A stretch of 64,000 bases of DNA from Octopus vulgaris (lineage: Eukaryota). The translations under genes were made by a program, and so were the position numbers. Positions 1 to 14,719 of the stretch are shown here, piece by piece; position 1 is the stretch's first letter; each line of letters starts with the position of its first letter. Under the pieces are notes generated by a model. That model did not search any database, was not told the origin of the DNA, and was given only the letters and a program-made list of their open reading frames with translations. The stretch lies in assembly GCA_951406725.2 (NCBI GenBank), contig OX597832.1, positions 66,216,001 through 66,280,000 on the forward strand, in the 5' to 3' direction.

Positions 1-220
1 ATCTCATGATCAACCTTACTGAAGGCCTTTGCAAAATCGAGATATATCCCATCCACGTTTGGGCGATTAATTGGTTGTTTCATCGCTCAGTAATAATGTT
101 GCAGAAAGCACCTATTTCCACTGCGGCATCCATGTCGGGTGTCACGATTAAGCCATTGTTTTCTAGGAATGCGATCAGCTTCCCTCTGACAGCATCCTTT
201 CTGCCACGTCCTTCCTGATA
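1..220 (-). mobile_element. CR1/L2-like LINE reverse transcriptase remnant
   Basis: Minus-strand translation gives KLIAFLENNGLI..RHGCRSG..LQHY and IYLDFAKAFSKVDHE, matching RT motifs QHGFR and YLDFxKAFDKVDH; frameshifted. Confidence 0.75.
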
Positions 221-1546
221 TTGCCCATGGCAATTCTTTCATGCTTGTGTCCTTTTGCTTGAAAGTATGAGAGAGAGGAGAGGAGGGTAGCCGAAGAAAC
301 TAGAAAGAGGAAGAGTGAGAGTAAAAAGAAAGAATAAAGTGAAACGAGTTAAATAAAACAACTCATAACAGAATTTGAAACTGCTCTACAAAGAAGTAAT
401 TACGAAGATATATACCACAATTAGACAGCAAAAATCTCTAAAGGTTATATAAATATATTAAGAATCCTTTTCAAATATACCTTCAAAGGAACACATTGAA
501 TTGCAATTGCGCTGGTACACACAGAAAGTCCCGTGAATATTTCAGAAACCACTGTAAATGCTGAATTGCTTTATCGTTAGAGATAGGAATGAAAGTCACA
601 GCGCATATTTGCATTGCTGAAGTTGAGACTATTGACTTACAGCAGTAGGGTCTTTGGGAGGCAAAATTTAATTTTAGTATCATTTGTGTCTTATAGCAAA
701 ATTATATTCTGATTTCTTTCTATATTATGCGCGTACACACACACAAACACACATACACACATACACACACTCTCTCTCACACACCATACACGAAGCACAC
801 ACATATAAACAGATATATACATATATAAAAATATATATGTATGCATACATACATACACAAACACATACATACACATTCGCATACATACATATATGTTGGA
901 GCAATCAAAAATAAATTCAAGCAATTACGTTGAAACCACTTATCTTAATACGTTACACGACTTAAAACAAAAGATCTTTACTCTCTAAATATTTGAAGTT
1001 GTCCGAATTTGCCCCATCAATATTTTATTTTAAAACACTAGAATCCATTTGAAGCTATTATTTCACTGTTAACTTTGTTCTATTTTTAATGCTTTCTAAA
1101 TTGATTTCGGAAACCGAAAAACCATCACGCAGGCGCAACAAATGTATTCTGAGCGTAATACAATAGTTTCCGGTTGGAAATTGCGTCTGGAGCAGAACTA
1201 TTATAATTTCTTTGAATTGATGCTAATTGTTAAAAGTTGGCTATAGACAGCGACGTAGAGAAATTAGATTTAGAATATTCGTAAAGGAACTATAGTTAGC
1301 CGTGGAATACATTATGTTTGCACTAGAGCAACCAAAGACGAATGAATGATGCCACCATTTTGATGTGGCGGATATGTTGAATTACAAACACTGAACAATG
1401 TGTAACAAATGTATTCTTGCTGTGTGGAGCGTTTACGAATTAATATTCTAAATTTGCAAAAATTTCATATATGAAAGTGTATTGTACGGAACCGATTATA
1501 ATGTAAAAGTCAATTGATTATATGTATCTGTGTGTGCGCGTTTAAG

Positions 1547-1598
<52 letters not shown>

Positions 1599-2094
1599 TG
1601 TGTATATATATATATTAGTATGTGTATATGTATATATATATATATATGTCTGTATATAAATATATGCATGTAGACATATATATTGCTAATTTAAATTAGC
1701 ATAGCTTTCCAATGAAAAACGAGATTCCTCTTTGCTTCACCTATTATATTACAGTTATTTTGGGCAGCTGACAAATAATAAATTGCACAAATATTTCTAC
1801 TTATTTGCAAACAACGTGGATATCTGCACAGAGAAGTAGAGGAAAACTGACACAAACGTTCTAAATTATAGTCAAACTCCCACACACGACCAGATATCTA
1901 TTCTCAAGCTCCTTCTTTCTCTTTGTGTGTGTATGTGCCTGTGTATGAGTGTATGTATGTGTGTCTGGGTATGAGTCTATATGTGTGTGTGTGTGTGTGT
2001 ACATATTGTATACATACGTACACACATACACACGCACGCATGTATGTATATGAACGCTGATATCAAATAGGATTAAATACTAATGTTACGCAGA

Positions 2095-2240
2095 TTAGTA
2101 ACTCCAGTTCTATGTAGCCACTTTGATATGTATTTTAACCGAATGCCTTCTTGCTTCCTTGGAATTCACAAATGCTGTAGACATTTCCGATGGGCTTCCA
2201 GAAGGGGTCGAATGTTGAATGCAGCTGATCAGCACTTTCG
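2095..2240 (-). mobile_element. piggyBac-like transposase remnant
   Basis: Minus-strand fragments FNIRPLLEAHRK and RRHSVKIHIK..WSY resemble piggyBac K(I/V)RPLL and GRHSxKQYIxxKPxKWG motifs; heavily decayed. Confidence 0.4.
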
Positions 2241-3481
2241 AACCTTAGAGAGAAGAAATAAGTAAAATGGACGTGTTTCTATGTTTAATAATTGGGTTTA
2301 CCTATACACATACATGTGTATGTTTGTGTATCTCCAATTATTACAGTATAACACTTTAACTTGCAACCCATATTATTTGATGGATTAAGTTGGTTGAGAA
2401 TGAAGAGGTTGAATGACTCTACCTATTTAGAGTTTCATTGCCATCAATGTCAGCGTTGGTCATGTCATATAAAGGAAACACTGGTAATGCTCAGACTCGA
2501 TGAACACCCTCTGGTCTTGAAAGCAATCTCTGGCTCTGCATCATTGCGAGGAATGCAAAGTTGAGTATGTTGCCAAGTACTCACTTTGAAGGAAACGAAG
2601 CAGTAGGAATTATGGCAGTTTGTGAAGTCGTTGTAACCTGCCGACGAAGAAATTCCGCAATACGAAATAACTTGATAGAATTTTCACCAATCATTACAAC
2701 ATATCTTAGTAGATAGATGAGTTGAATGTGATTCTATGTGAAACTAGCGGCGTGTCACCTGTAAATGTTATTGTATTCAATTGCTGAGGGAACGTCGTGC
2801 TAAACTTGAAATATCTTCAGTTTATACCATTCCATTTAAAGAAATAATTCCACATTTGGTGTGAGAATAAAATTCAGCGACTTGCACTCATCAGTAAATT
2901 TTTGCTATAATCAATGTTCAGTTCTCCACTCCTGCTTTCCCTTGAGCTACGTAAAATACTCCCGATACTACCGGTAGTTACAGTCAGTATAGCGCTGAGA
3001 AATGAGATTTAGGATGTCCTACTTGGAAAAGCTGTGTGCAACAACGCCTGACGAACTAAATCCGTTTTCTGTCAAAGTTTTCAGGATTTTCGTCTCCCTG
3101 TCGCCGTCCAAAATGTTTACAAATGTTAGAATATATGTTCCACATCAACCATTCACAACTTATTAAATGGCAAAATACCAGTCCGTTTATCCCGAGGTAA
3201 CTATCATTGTTTCTGGGTTGCGGATGACTTTCAATTTATTTGTCGTTAAAATTGGTAATGTTTGTGAAATCGTTGTACCAGCCTGTTCTGCGAGACAGAT
3301 GCATTGTAGTTCTAATTGCCTGATTTCGCAGTGCTGATTTGTGCTAGATGAACTCCTACCATTTAATATCGTTACACATAACAAGAAGCTAAAATAGATT
3401 TAATGCAAAATATAAACACTATAATGACCATAAACATCTTGCTAAAGAATGTGTATGTATGTGTGTGTGTGTGCGTGTGTG

Positions 3482-3519
<38 letters not shown>

Positions 3520-4112
3520 TGTGAGTGTGAGGTTATGTATGTTTATTGATGTCTAATGATCAAATTAAGAGTAGTAACGATAAAATGTAAACAAAGACAA
3601 GCGATAAATTCTGTGCAGAATACATTTAGATGCCATCAAAAAGTTAATCCCGTCAAAAACACTTCACGTCCCAACGAGAAGTGTCTGGCAGTTTAGAAGC
3701 AGTCGTAAAAGATATAGAAACTTAATTATACTTGACAGGTAGAATAGGGTTATAGTAAAATATGAAAGAAAAAACTAAGAAAATATAAAGCATATACATG
3801 CATATACATATGTACAGCAGAAATTATGCATTTCTAGCAGGTAGGAGCTACGTGTGCCCTTATGATTAATATAAATTATAATTGTGTAGCTATCTAACGC
3901 TACTCAACACTTGCTGCCATCTATATCATTGTTGTTGTTATCAATTATTTATATTTACAGCAGGCAATAACTAATATATATATATGAATATACGCTTCTG
4001 AATATTTACACGGTATATGTGTGTGTGTGCGTACTTATGCATGTATATGTGCATGTGTATACGTATGTATGTATTTATTATGTATGTATGTGTCTATGTA
4101 TATATTTATGCG

Positions 4113-4250
4113 AAGGTGCGTGCCTTTGTGGTTAAGGTGTTGAGCGTAATATTGTAGTTTCGATTCCTGGACCGCGCTTTGTTTGTTCTCATCAGCCAAA
4201 CTCTTCATTCGACACTGCTCCAATCCGTTCAGCTGACAAAAATGCGTAAT
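4113..4250 (+). mobile_element. tRNA-derived SINE fragment
   Basis: Box A-like GTGGTTAAGG and box B-like GTTTCGATTCC; body similar to the minus-strand copy at 37375-37738. Confidence 0.6.
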
Positions 4251-4479
4251 CATGCGATATATACTTTGATATTTATGTCAGAGAAACCAGTGAGAACGAG
4301 ATGAAAATAAAACACTCAATACAAAATAAATGATGTCGTTTGTATAGTTTGTATGCTTCAATGGACACAACACAAAAAGCTAACAAAACACTCGGATATG
4401 ACTGAGCGCTTCCAACTTGTTGAACAAAAATATGGTCACTCAATATTTTATTTAATTTCATTTTCTTGGTTGTCTTTCG

Positions 4480-4760
4480 TTGGATTTCAATCTTTTAAAA
4501 GTCTGCGAGAATGATGATTTTAAGGTGGAGAAAGTGACGGTACTGTGAATAATATGAATTGAGTTCTGTATTGATGGTAGAAATAGAGACGTGTGAACTG
4601 TGGTTGTGCTTTGAAATCCCGATCATGAAGTAGTATTTTTCATTCGTGCATCGGATGAGACGATCTGTCATTGAGTACGACACTACTTTTCCCGTCACTC
4701 CACTCTACTAAGCTGAACTGTGTACATTCTAAGTGTTCCTTGTGTAGTTCTCTTTCCTTG
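4480..4760 (-). mobile_element. RTE-type AP endonuclease remnant
   Basis: ORF 4495-4698 (VVSYSMTDRLI...NSYYSQ...KIIILADF) resembles the APE motifs SDRLI, FYxQL and IILGDFNA. Confidence 0.5.
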
Positions 4761-5619
4761 CAGCTTTGTCAAGTTTGTGATTTGTACTACATACTATGTC
4801 CTACTTGCATGCGAATAATTGCTCCATGCCTTTGTTTTTCTTTTCTTTTTGACATGAAGTTATATTTCATTCTGAGTCGGAATGAGAATTTTACATTACC
4901 ATTTTGGCTAAGTATGGGTGTTGGTTAGAGATAGATTATAAGCGATATGGTGGATCAAATTTACAGAAAAATAATAATTTGTTAATTGTAGCGTAAATAT
5001 ATTATTGTATTGTCATGACAAGAACCAAAATAAATAAGTAAATAAAAGGAAAACGAAGATAATCTATACCAGATTAAAAGGTTCATGCGAGGTATTTGAA
5101 TTATGCCTTTATTAAATTAAACTATCTGAAGTGAGCTATTGCTTACTTCAGATTACTCAAGAGATGGCGTTACTCAAGAGATGGCGTTAGACAATGTCCG
5201 AAAGAAAGATTGGTATTGGGTGGGACAAAATGTAGTGAATTAATAATGGACACGGATAATATGTGAAACTGAATTTGTTGTATTGCTTCTAATCTTGATA
5301 GCGTCATTGCATACTCGAAGAGTCCATTTACCAAAGAGATAATGTAAGACCGTATATGGAATTAGGATGACTAGTTGATGAAATGTTATAAACGGATGAT
5401 TCTTACGAAGTGGGTGTTCATATTTTTTATTTACTTTTCCTCTTTAACAAAGATTTGGAAAATGTATAACCACTGTAACATCACTCAAATGAAAGGAAAA
5501 TCGAGCAACTCACATTCAGTGGAGTTGGATGTTGACACACTCATAAAAGACTTCGAGCAGGAACAAACTTCCTAATACCGCGGAACGAATTTTGACTCTA
5601 GCATTCAGCATACATGTAA

Positions 5620-6700
5620 GATAGAGAAAATCGGGAAAGAGTGTTACAGGAGAGTACGAGCTGTCCTAAAATCCAATTTAAATGCATGTAACAAGGTGTT
5701 AGCTATAAATTCCTTAGCAGTTCCGGTTGTTATTAACAGTTTCAATGTGTTGAACTGGAATATGAGCGAAATATGGAAGATTCCGTAAGCTGCTGACTTG
5801 CAATAAGATGCACCGCCCAGAGGTAGGCGCAGACCGTCTTTACCTTCTCAGAGATCAATGAGGTCGAGGCTTGATCTAATTTGAAATCTACAAAACAACC
5901 ACAAATGGACAAAATATATTGAAACATCTATTGAAACGACTGGATGTTAAATCTCGTTAAAGCCATAGTGTTATGAAGGAGAGAAAAACTTTTGAAGTGA
6001 GTTTATGCACAATACCCAGGTTCAACAACTGTAGTTGCAAAGAAGGTGAAATCAATAGCAAAGCAAAATGCGTCTGAAGAATTGACTAATAGGTGGGAAG
6101 AAAAACCTCTGCATGGCAAACGTGTGGCATGTGGCAAAGAAGCTGATGTAGACCAGAAGCACACCCATCAGTGGCTACGGAGTTCGGCTTTATCTTGGCT
6201 GCCGAAGATCAGAGCTTATTGACCCGGAACTATCAAGCCAATATGATGAAAAATTGTGAAGACCCAAAGTGCCGACACTGCAAAGATGGGATAGAAATTG
6301 TGGACCTCTTAATCTCTGGATGTAATGTTTTAGCACCTGTAGAGTACAAGTAAAGACATGACAAAGTTGGCCAATATCTACTTTGAATAATGTGTCGGTA
6401 TTATAAAATCATAACTGCTGACAAATGGTGCAATCACCACCTTGTGGCTGTAACTGAGCTTAGACAATGTAACTATTCTTTGGAACTTTTCAGTTTGTAT
6501 AGACCGGGGCATCAAGTCAAATAAACCAAATATTGTTGTAAAAGACAAAAGCAATAAAGTCTGTTTATTGATTGACATGAGTATACTCTGTGATCATAAT
6601 ATCTCGGTAAAAGAATTCGATAAGCTCAGAAAATATAAAGATTTGCTAACCGAAATCGAAAAGATGTGGCATCTCAAGAAGGTTACAAAACCTCTGGACT
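5620..6700 (+). mobile_element. Decayed R4/Dong-like LINE, 3' half (RT C-terminus, CCHC knuckle, RLE)
   Basis: KECYRRVRAVLKSNLNACNKVLAINSLAVPV; GFILAAEDQSLLTRNY; CRHC..ISGC; RHDKVG; KPNIVVKDK..LIDMS..DKLRKYKDL; many stops and frameshifts. Confidence 0.9.
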
Positions 6701-9439
6701 AATTGATTCCGAGGGTTACCATTGAATTATTTCCACGAGCTCCTGTATTTTACAGCAAATCATTTTAGCGTTTACTTTATTATTTTTAATTTTTCTTTCT
6801 AAATGAAAATTACGAGGAAGAACTATAGAGGAAGATTGTATAGAAATATTTGCTGCTCGTACAGACGTCTTTTTCTATGTATTATCGCAAGTGTAACTTT
6901 GCCACTGATGTATTATCGCTTAACAGCTGTCTCTCCTGATCAGTATTGCCATACTTGTCATGTTATTGAGACGAACATGACCAGTAACATATTTTTTAAA
7001 CCATAGATGCAGACTTAAGTGACAGATAGGAAATACAGAGTGGGATATATGCAACTATATATAAATTAACTCAAATGTAAAATTGAAATTGTTAAATAAT
7101 TCTAAATCAACAACAGTATAAACACTTAATGAGACATGTGTCAAACGAATACCAATAAACGAAAACAAGATTACACTTAGATGTAAGTTAATATTATTTC
7201 AACTTTATATAGACATAGCTACATAACAAATTCATTATGTTGATTTGGCAAGTACTTTTTTCTTTTAGTGTGGTGACTAACGATATTATTGGTTAGGAGT
7301 GATTTACAAGCACATCTAACTATTATTTTTAGCAGGGCCAACGACGACGTGAATACGTTTTTCTTTGGCTCTGATCGTATCATATTTCTAACAAGATAAA
7401 GATATTCGGTTATCAGATATACCACACCAAGTGTAGTTCGCCAGAATTCGCTGGTGTGAAATAGATATATTCAGAACAATGCCGTACAATAAAATATTAC
7501 ATCAACAGCAAGCGCGCTATGCAAACAGCAACTCAAATAATACAAAAATATCTTTCGAATCTGCATCGTAAAATAATCAGGTATATATAGCAATATACCC
7601 CGAGCTTTAAAATACTCCAAGCAATCCTTTATATATCGGACAATACCTAAGATTTTCGATACTTTAATTTAGTAAATACTGGGAGAAGCTACCATATAAT
7701 GCCAGAAAATTACCTGCGAAGTTACGTATTCCATACTAATATCATGAACCTGGCCAAAAGCACGACTTTGTGTAATCCTTTGGAGGTATAAACTGAATTT
7801 CATATCACATCTTGTTGCATATAAATATGATTCTATACAAAATAACTGCAATAACGCTATTACTTCTATTCCCTAAATAGGACTGCAAGGCAAAAATTCA
7901 GCCTACCGTGAAAGAAATCAGGTAAAAACTGGAATTTTTGTGAGTTTGTCTATAAAAGTTGCACTGTCATGGATGCAATAAAAATAAAGAAAAAATCAGA
8001 GAAAACGGAAATAAGATATTTGCAGTAAATCAGTAACAGCAATATAAATGGAATCTCCTGAGACAACGTCGATATACCAAAAGCTAGAAATAACAGCTAA
8101 ACATCTCTGATATCTCATGGACAATAAAATTTAAAATTATTAACTATGTAATAATATAAAATAATATACATATATATAATATAAATATATCAAAAATATA
8201 AAATAATAAATATATATTGTGCAATTTAATCTGAGTCAGTCTATAAGTAAAAGGACGGGATGCTGACGGCTTCCATGCGTTTCGATATATATCACCATAA
8301 TTATATTTGCCATTGGAGTAAACTTGGACAAAAACGTACTATATTTATATCATGTATACTTAAAAATATGGCTTAGAAGACATATTCTTATATATTTTAT
8401 AGGTGTAGGGCACTGATCATTTCAACAGTATTTAAATTCTAACGTAAGTGGTTCAAACTAAAAACAAAATTGTATCACAAAATGGTTGTGAACAGCTTCG
8501 CCACGTTAAGTTGGAGGGACAAAAAATAAAACCACAATGAAAATCAACAGAACTACATCAACATATTTATTGATTAAACAGTGAGTGGTCATGAATTTGG
8601 AGAATAACAATCAAGTGGTTGCGATTTCTAGATACACACCCGTTTTAGGAAAGACTTCATACAGCACTGGACCAACATGATATAGCAGAGAAATCAACCG
8701 CTTTTGACATTCCACTGTCTAAAAAATATGCACAAAAGCATTTGCTGTAATAACGTTGCTCGCGTTAACGTCTCTATTATCATGAGATATATTCCGTCCT
8801 TCATTAAAGTCCTCTCTATGGCGAACTGCTTCAAGTTACTCATTCTCTTTGCATTCAAGTCTGGAAAAACATCAGATTTGTTAAGGCCAATGATGTTTCT
8901 CTTCAGATAAAGCAATTAAAACACTCAATACTAATTATCTAAATTGATATCATATAATTGATCCGCTACTTGAAAATTTTTGAAGATGTCAAAATCTTGC
9001 TTTTATTTCATCTAATTGGAATAAAGTATAATTTTCCTCATATTCCAATCCGACACACGTTTGATGGAGCGGTTCTGCCCATTTAGTTAATTTAAATTAC
9101 AAATTCAACCAGATGTTGACATTCCTATGAAGCATTGTAGAAAGTGTTACACATACTGCATTATATCAAAGTGCTTATAAGGTACCTCTTAAGATTCTCA
9201 AATAGATTATTCGTTTACGCTTTATGTGCATATGTATGTATGCATGTATGCACGTATGCCTCTGTCTCTCTATCTAGTCCGTGTGTATCACGTAAGGCTA
9301 GGGGTGGAAGCGATGAACTCCCCTCACAAATACTATGCGGATACAGAATGGGTGTCGTTGGCCAGCTGGAAGAGATATCTTCATGGGGCAACAAACGTCA
9401 GTAGTACTGTTCCTTAAAGGACGCCACACTTGGTTGGCA

Positions 9440-9480
<41 letters not shown>

Positions 9481-9555
9481 CATATATATGCATATATGTA
9501 TACATATATATATATATGTATATATATATACATACATATATATGCATATATATAT

Positions 9556-9610
<55 letters not shown>

Positions 9611-10976
9611 TATATGAAGGTTGTGTATATGTAAATATATTTGTATACATACGTCTGCATATATAAATAAAAAATATGCTTGTTTATGTGAGTGTATACA
9701 TATATTGAGGAGTGTTAGGATCTATCTGTCTATCTATCTATCTGTCTACATACAAACTAGCAATACATCCCCTCGTTGCCCGGCTGTCATGACCTACAGC
9801 CACATTGCTTTATTTTTTCCTTTATTATGGGCAGAATCGGCACAGCTGATATATAGTGAATTGGATTACTGGCATAATGGAAGTTATTGTTTGTTTACAG
9901 TTGAAGTGGGGAGGGTAGAACTTGGATGAATTTGCATAAAAGTGCTTCCTGTTCTTAAGAGTGATCACACACTGTATTGATTCATCGTATAAAAATGGTT
10001 AATAAGATTTTGCCCAGTAATCATGTTTCTGCTAGCTTGCAACTTTGACGAGAGAGTGATATTATCTCTGTCTTTCATTAGAATGCATCGAGACAGTATG
10101 TTGTCACAAAACTGTTAAAACTTTGCTAACTACATCAATGTGTGACTAAGCCTAGATTAAATTTAATTTTATACAAACTTTGCTGTCATTTATATAGATA
10201 ATTGCAAACATGTTCTGTAAACACAACTTATTTACGTGTGCATTTTCATAAATGTTTCTCTTGCACGATTACTACAACAAATACGTGCGCACAAAATAGA
10301 GATTACGAATCTTTAGGAATAAAAAAAAAATTTTCTGAGGAATCACGCAAATCTCATTCCCTCCACCCATCACCTCTGAATGTTTCACTTTTAGCTTTTT
10401 AGAAAGCGTGGAATTTTTCCAGATATAATGTCGTTTACCTGCTGTTTCTAACATGCCAGCTTTTCTGGTGATGGTCTCATATATATTACGTCTGCTATTT
10501 TAGTAGCATTCCACGCATGCGTGAAACATCAGGCGAAAGTGAAACATTCTAAGTTTTTAGTTTTATGAAAGTAAGGAGGTGATTGGAGGGGCTTTGATTG
10601 GTTTTAAATTTGTTTTACATTTCCTAGATCCGTAATCTCCGAATCGTTCTACGTGGATTAAAAAAAAATCGATAAAAGTTAAGAATTTATAAATTGTGAT
10701 GGGGGAGGGAGAAATTAAAATTTCGAAAACGTGATTTTTGAGTAAAATCGTATGCTCCCTATACCGAAACATAGAAAAGAAACCTTTTGAGACAAAAAAA
10801 AAACAGTAACACCGGAAATCAGTGGTGTAAACGTCGTTTAACTTTGCCCAGATGCGACTAATTCGGGGAAACGTTACATTCATTATTCACACATCGTCAC
10901 TCTTGTAGTGCAATACTTTGTAACATTGATTCAAATTGAAATTGTGAAACTATTTTCACTTTCGTATGAAACCCGA

Positions 10977-11320
10977 TCATTGTAGATCAGTGTTATATAT
11001 GTAAGTGAGAATAAAGTGTAATTGATATGAATGATCTGTTCTTAACATCAGTCGGTAAGAACAGAAGTCATTTGTATGTAATTGGCTCTCCTGTTGCAGG
11101 TTCAAAATGTGGAATATTCGATCTGTGGAATATTGAAATAATACCCATCTTACCCATTCCACAGAATAAGAACATACTGGAGCGCATCATAAGAGGGATG
11201 AATCTATGAGACACGTTAAGGTTGTCACCTAGAACACGAATGGGGATATCATGAATTTCATAGGGATCGCTTATCATAATAATGGCTATTTCATTAGATG
11301 TGGGCTTATTAAAAAGGCAG
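10977..11320 (-). mobile_element. Helitron Rep/helicase protein remnant
   Basis: Minus frames read FNKPTSNEIAII..HPSYDALQYVLILWNG*DGYYFNIPQI..DFCSYRLMLR, matching the Helitron RepHel motif series FNAPTxxEVA, HxSYDALQYPL, GEDGY and YSYRLMIR. Confidence 0.8.
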
Positions 11321-12805
11321 AAAATGTTTTTTACTATAGTTTACTATAGACATAATGAACGCGGAAACACACACACACTCAAACACACACACACACACAG
11401 AAACATAGACATGCATAGAATTGATAATATTGAAAACAGCAAAACGTACACACACGAAGTTCAAGTGAAACGAAATGCAGTTGACATAACCCTTTCTGAC
11501 ATAAACGATTTTTTTTAAAGGGAAATATGCCAGAGTTGGAAAGTTACCAATTTAGCAGAAATTACTATGCATTACCAACGTAACAATGTAGAGAAAGTCA
11601 ACATTTATTTGGAACATGTACTAAATGTTATAAAATTCTGGACTAAATGAATGTCATGGTAAAGAAAGTAAAGCTCCAAGAAAATTCAGAAAACATAATT
11701 TAATTTAAGATACAAAAATAATTTATTATTTTACAATTTTGAAAGAAACGCTGAACAATGTGTACACAAAGGAATATATGTTGCTGTTTTGAATGTTAAT
11801 TAATTTAAAACATTTGCTGAAGGATGTATGTAACGAGATATAAATTAATTAGACATCAATTGCTATATATTTTAACTGTGTAAGGTAATATGCTGTAGAA
11901 TAAATGCTGACTAACGCAGTATAGAGGCTGCACGGGGTTGAATAACTACACTGATGAAACATCATATCAGGAATATGATAAGGACGCTAGAACTGTTAAA
12001 AATGTATTATCTTCGAACTGGTAATAAGGAGTGGAATAGCATTTCTACAATTATAGTTAAAGAGCCGTTGACGCTTTCTATTACTCCAAGTTTCCGAATT
12101 CGTTATTATAACCAGATTAACATTATTTTCTTCAGATAATTTTGCAAGTTTTATCAGTGCTGTCAAATCAGCCAAATCTTCATGTTGATTATAAAAACCA
12201 GAATGATATTTCAGCATACAAGTTGTGATAATCGTTAATGTCGTCCAACATGCAACTCTCCATAAACAAAAAGAAAATTTTAAACTGTGGCACTTCATAT
12301 TGAACACTGTTGTTCGTCCAACGTCTAGAACGCAACTAAACTAACCACTTTCAAATTCGGCGCGTTTCACTGTTGGGTGTTACATATACCAAGTCAGACA
12401 CACGGATATACATTGACGCACAACTCGGGTCGATCTCTGTCTCTGTCTTTATTTGCGTGTATGTGTGTGCGTGTGTCAGTCTTCACAAAAATGCATGTAT
12501 ACTGATAGACACATACACCATCACACACATATACTTCTAACTTATCAGCCTAACGTACGTAACGAACACGTGAACACGCTCATTTAGAAAACGTGAGGTT
12601 GTAATCATTGTGGCAGTACTATAAAATGTCGTTTATAAGAGGTGAATAAAAAAAATTATAATGCTAAATTTTTGCAATGGAAATATATTAATGAAATTTA
12701 TTCGCTAGCCGAAAGATTACTGAGTCTTTTGATACTCCATACGTCAAAATCAGCATCTCAGTTTCCGAATATATAAGGAACACACGCACAAACGCACACA
12801 CTCAC

Positions 12806-12876
<71 letters not shown>

Positions 12877-13571
12877 AACTCTGTTATATAAATATGTATA
12901 TGTGTATGAATACATACATATATATATGAGAGAGTGTGTGTGTATGTGCACAAATACGTATGTACGCATATATTTACACACAGATAAACACAGAGGCAAA
13001 CATATATACAAACAAATAAACGCGCGCGCGCACACACATACTGCTGTAGGAAAAATATTATAGTATGTAATTTATAAAGTATGTCTTTCTAATAAAGTTT
13101 TCAATTCCTTCGTAATAATAGCATCCATCCATAAAGTAAAAGATTCGATTTCTTAAGCCAATTATATTTTATAAATAAATTTTAAATGAAATTAATGGAA
13201 CCAATGACCATTCCACGAATATATATACACTTCCAAATATACAAAATACGTAGAAATTCACAGGAATACACATACAAATATATGCGCACGCATTGTACAT
13301 AAAACATCAATTCCTACAAAATTTCTCTGTTTCTGTTCATATATGCATACTCAATGTACAGGTGTGTGTGTGTGCGTGTGAGAGAGAGAGTGTATATAAA
13401 GGTACATACGTACGTACTTATAGATATATGTTAGATAGCTAGAAAAATAGAGATAGATACATATATATATATACCTAGATAGATATAAATATGTATGCTT
13501 GTATATAATAGTGTGTGTGCGTGTGTTTGTGCATGTAGACATACACATACATTCGCACATACACAAATATG

Positions 13572-13609
<38 letters not shown>

Positions 13610-14292
13610 TCTCGGTGTGTACAACTGTTTGTTTTGTACGTGATGATTGCATAAACCTAAATAGCTCTTTATGGAATGTTTTGAAAATTTTTGCAACAAC
13701 CAGTTCCATAAAACTGTTACATTCTTCCCCCATGAATGTGTGTGCGGGTGCGTGTGTGTGTGTTTGTGTATGTATGTGTGTCTTTCTGTGTGTGTGTGTG
13801 TACCTATTATTATTCATGCTTTCCCTCTCGCCATATATACGAAATACTTGACAACGTAATATTACCAATCTTTCAAAATTGCTTCCGGCGCATCTATAGA
13901 TATATGTAACATTTCAATAGTAGACTTTCATTAAATTCACAAATATTATTCGTCATCTAATAGCAAGTAAATATGCCGCGTATAATTTAATAAACATTTT
14001 CCTAATGTGTTGAAATTTTTGGAGAAATACAATACATGTTTCAAAACTTCATTTAACCATTAGCAATTTCGTTTAATATATATTATTTCTTTCTAATATG
14101 TATATATTGGTATATATATGTTTGTGTGCGTGTATGTGTGTGTGTTTGTGCGTGTGTGTTTTTCTGTGTTTATTTCTATTTATTTAAATGCATTTCAATT
14201 TGTTTATTTGTTGTAGACTTTATATCGTTAGTAGGCATTCTTCGTCATATGTTATCAAATTCGTTTCGCTTGTATAGCATATCTTTTCACTT

Positions 14293-14357
<65 letters not shown>

Positions 14358-14669
14358 CACACACACACACACATATGGATACATATACACATATGCGTAA
14401 CTCTCTAATATATTCATAAACAGTTTACTGTGTTAGAGAGCGGTGCATGCCATCAAAGTGACACTGGGGAAAATATACGAGATCTTATATACCCATCATG
14501 ACTACCCGTCTGATAAAGGTACATTGGGCACATGCATCGCAACCATACGTGATGATAAAGTAATTACAGGCTGAGGACTGGAGTGGATCTAATCGACTAC
14601 CCCCTTTCCCCGACGTTTGTGGCCTTCCGGCACAATTTGAAACCATCATCATCATCATCATCATCATCA

Positions 14670-14716
<47 letters not shown>

Positions 14717-14719
14717 TTT

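Noticed and set aside
2110-2265. Minus-strand host exon after a good polypyrimidine tract and AG at 2244
   Set aside because: All frames stop without a clear donor site; the peptides fit a piggyBac remnant better.
5153-5186. 17-bp direct repeat TTACTCAAGAGATGGCG x2, considered as CRISPR-like
   Set aside because: Only two adjacent units with no spacer; a simple tandem duplication. No CRISPR array or prokaryotic operon was seen in the window.
11027-11209. Plus-strand 60-aa ORF as a host exon
   Set aside because: It is the antisense of the Helitron remnant.
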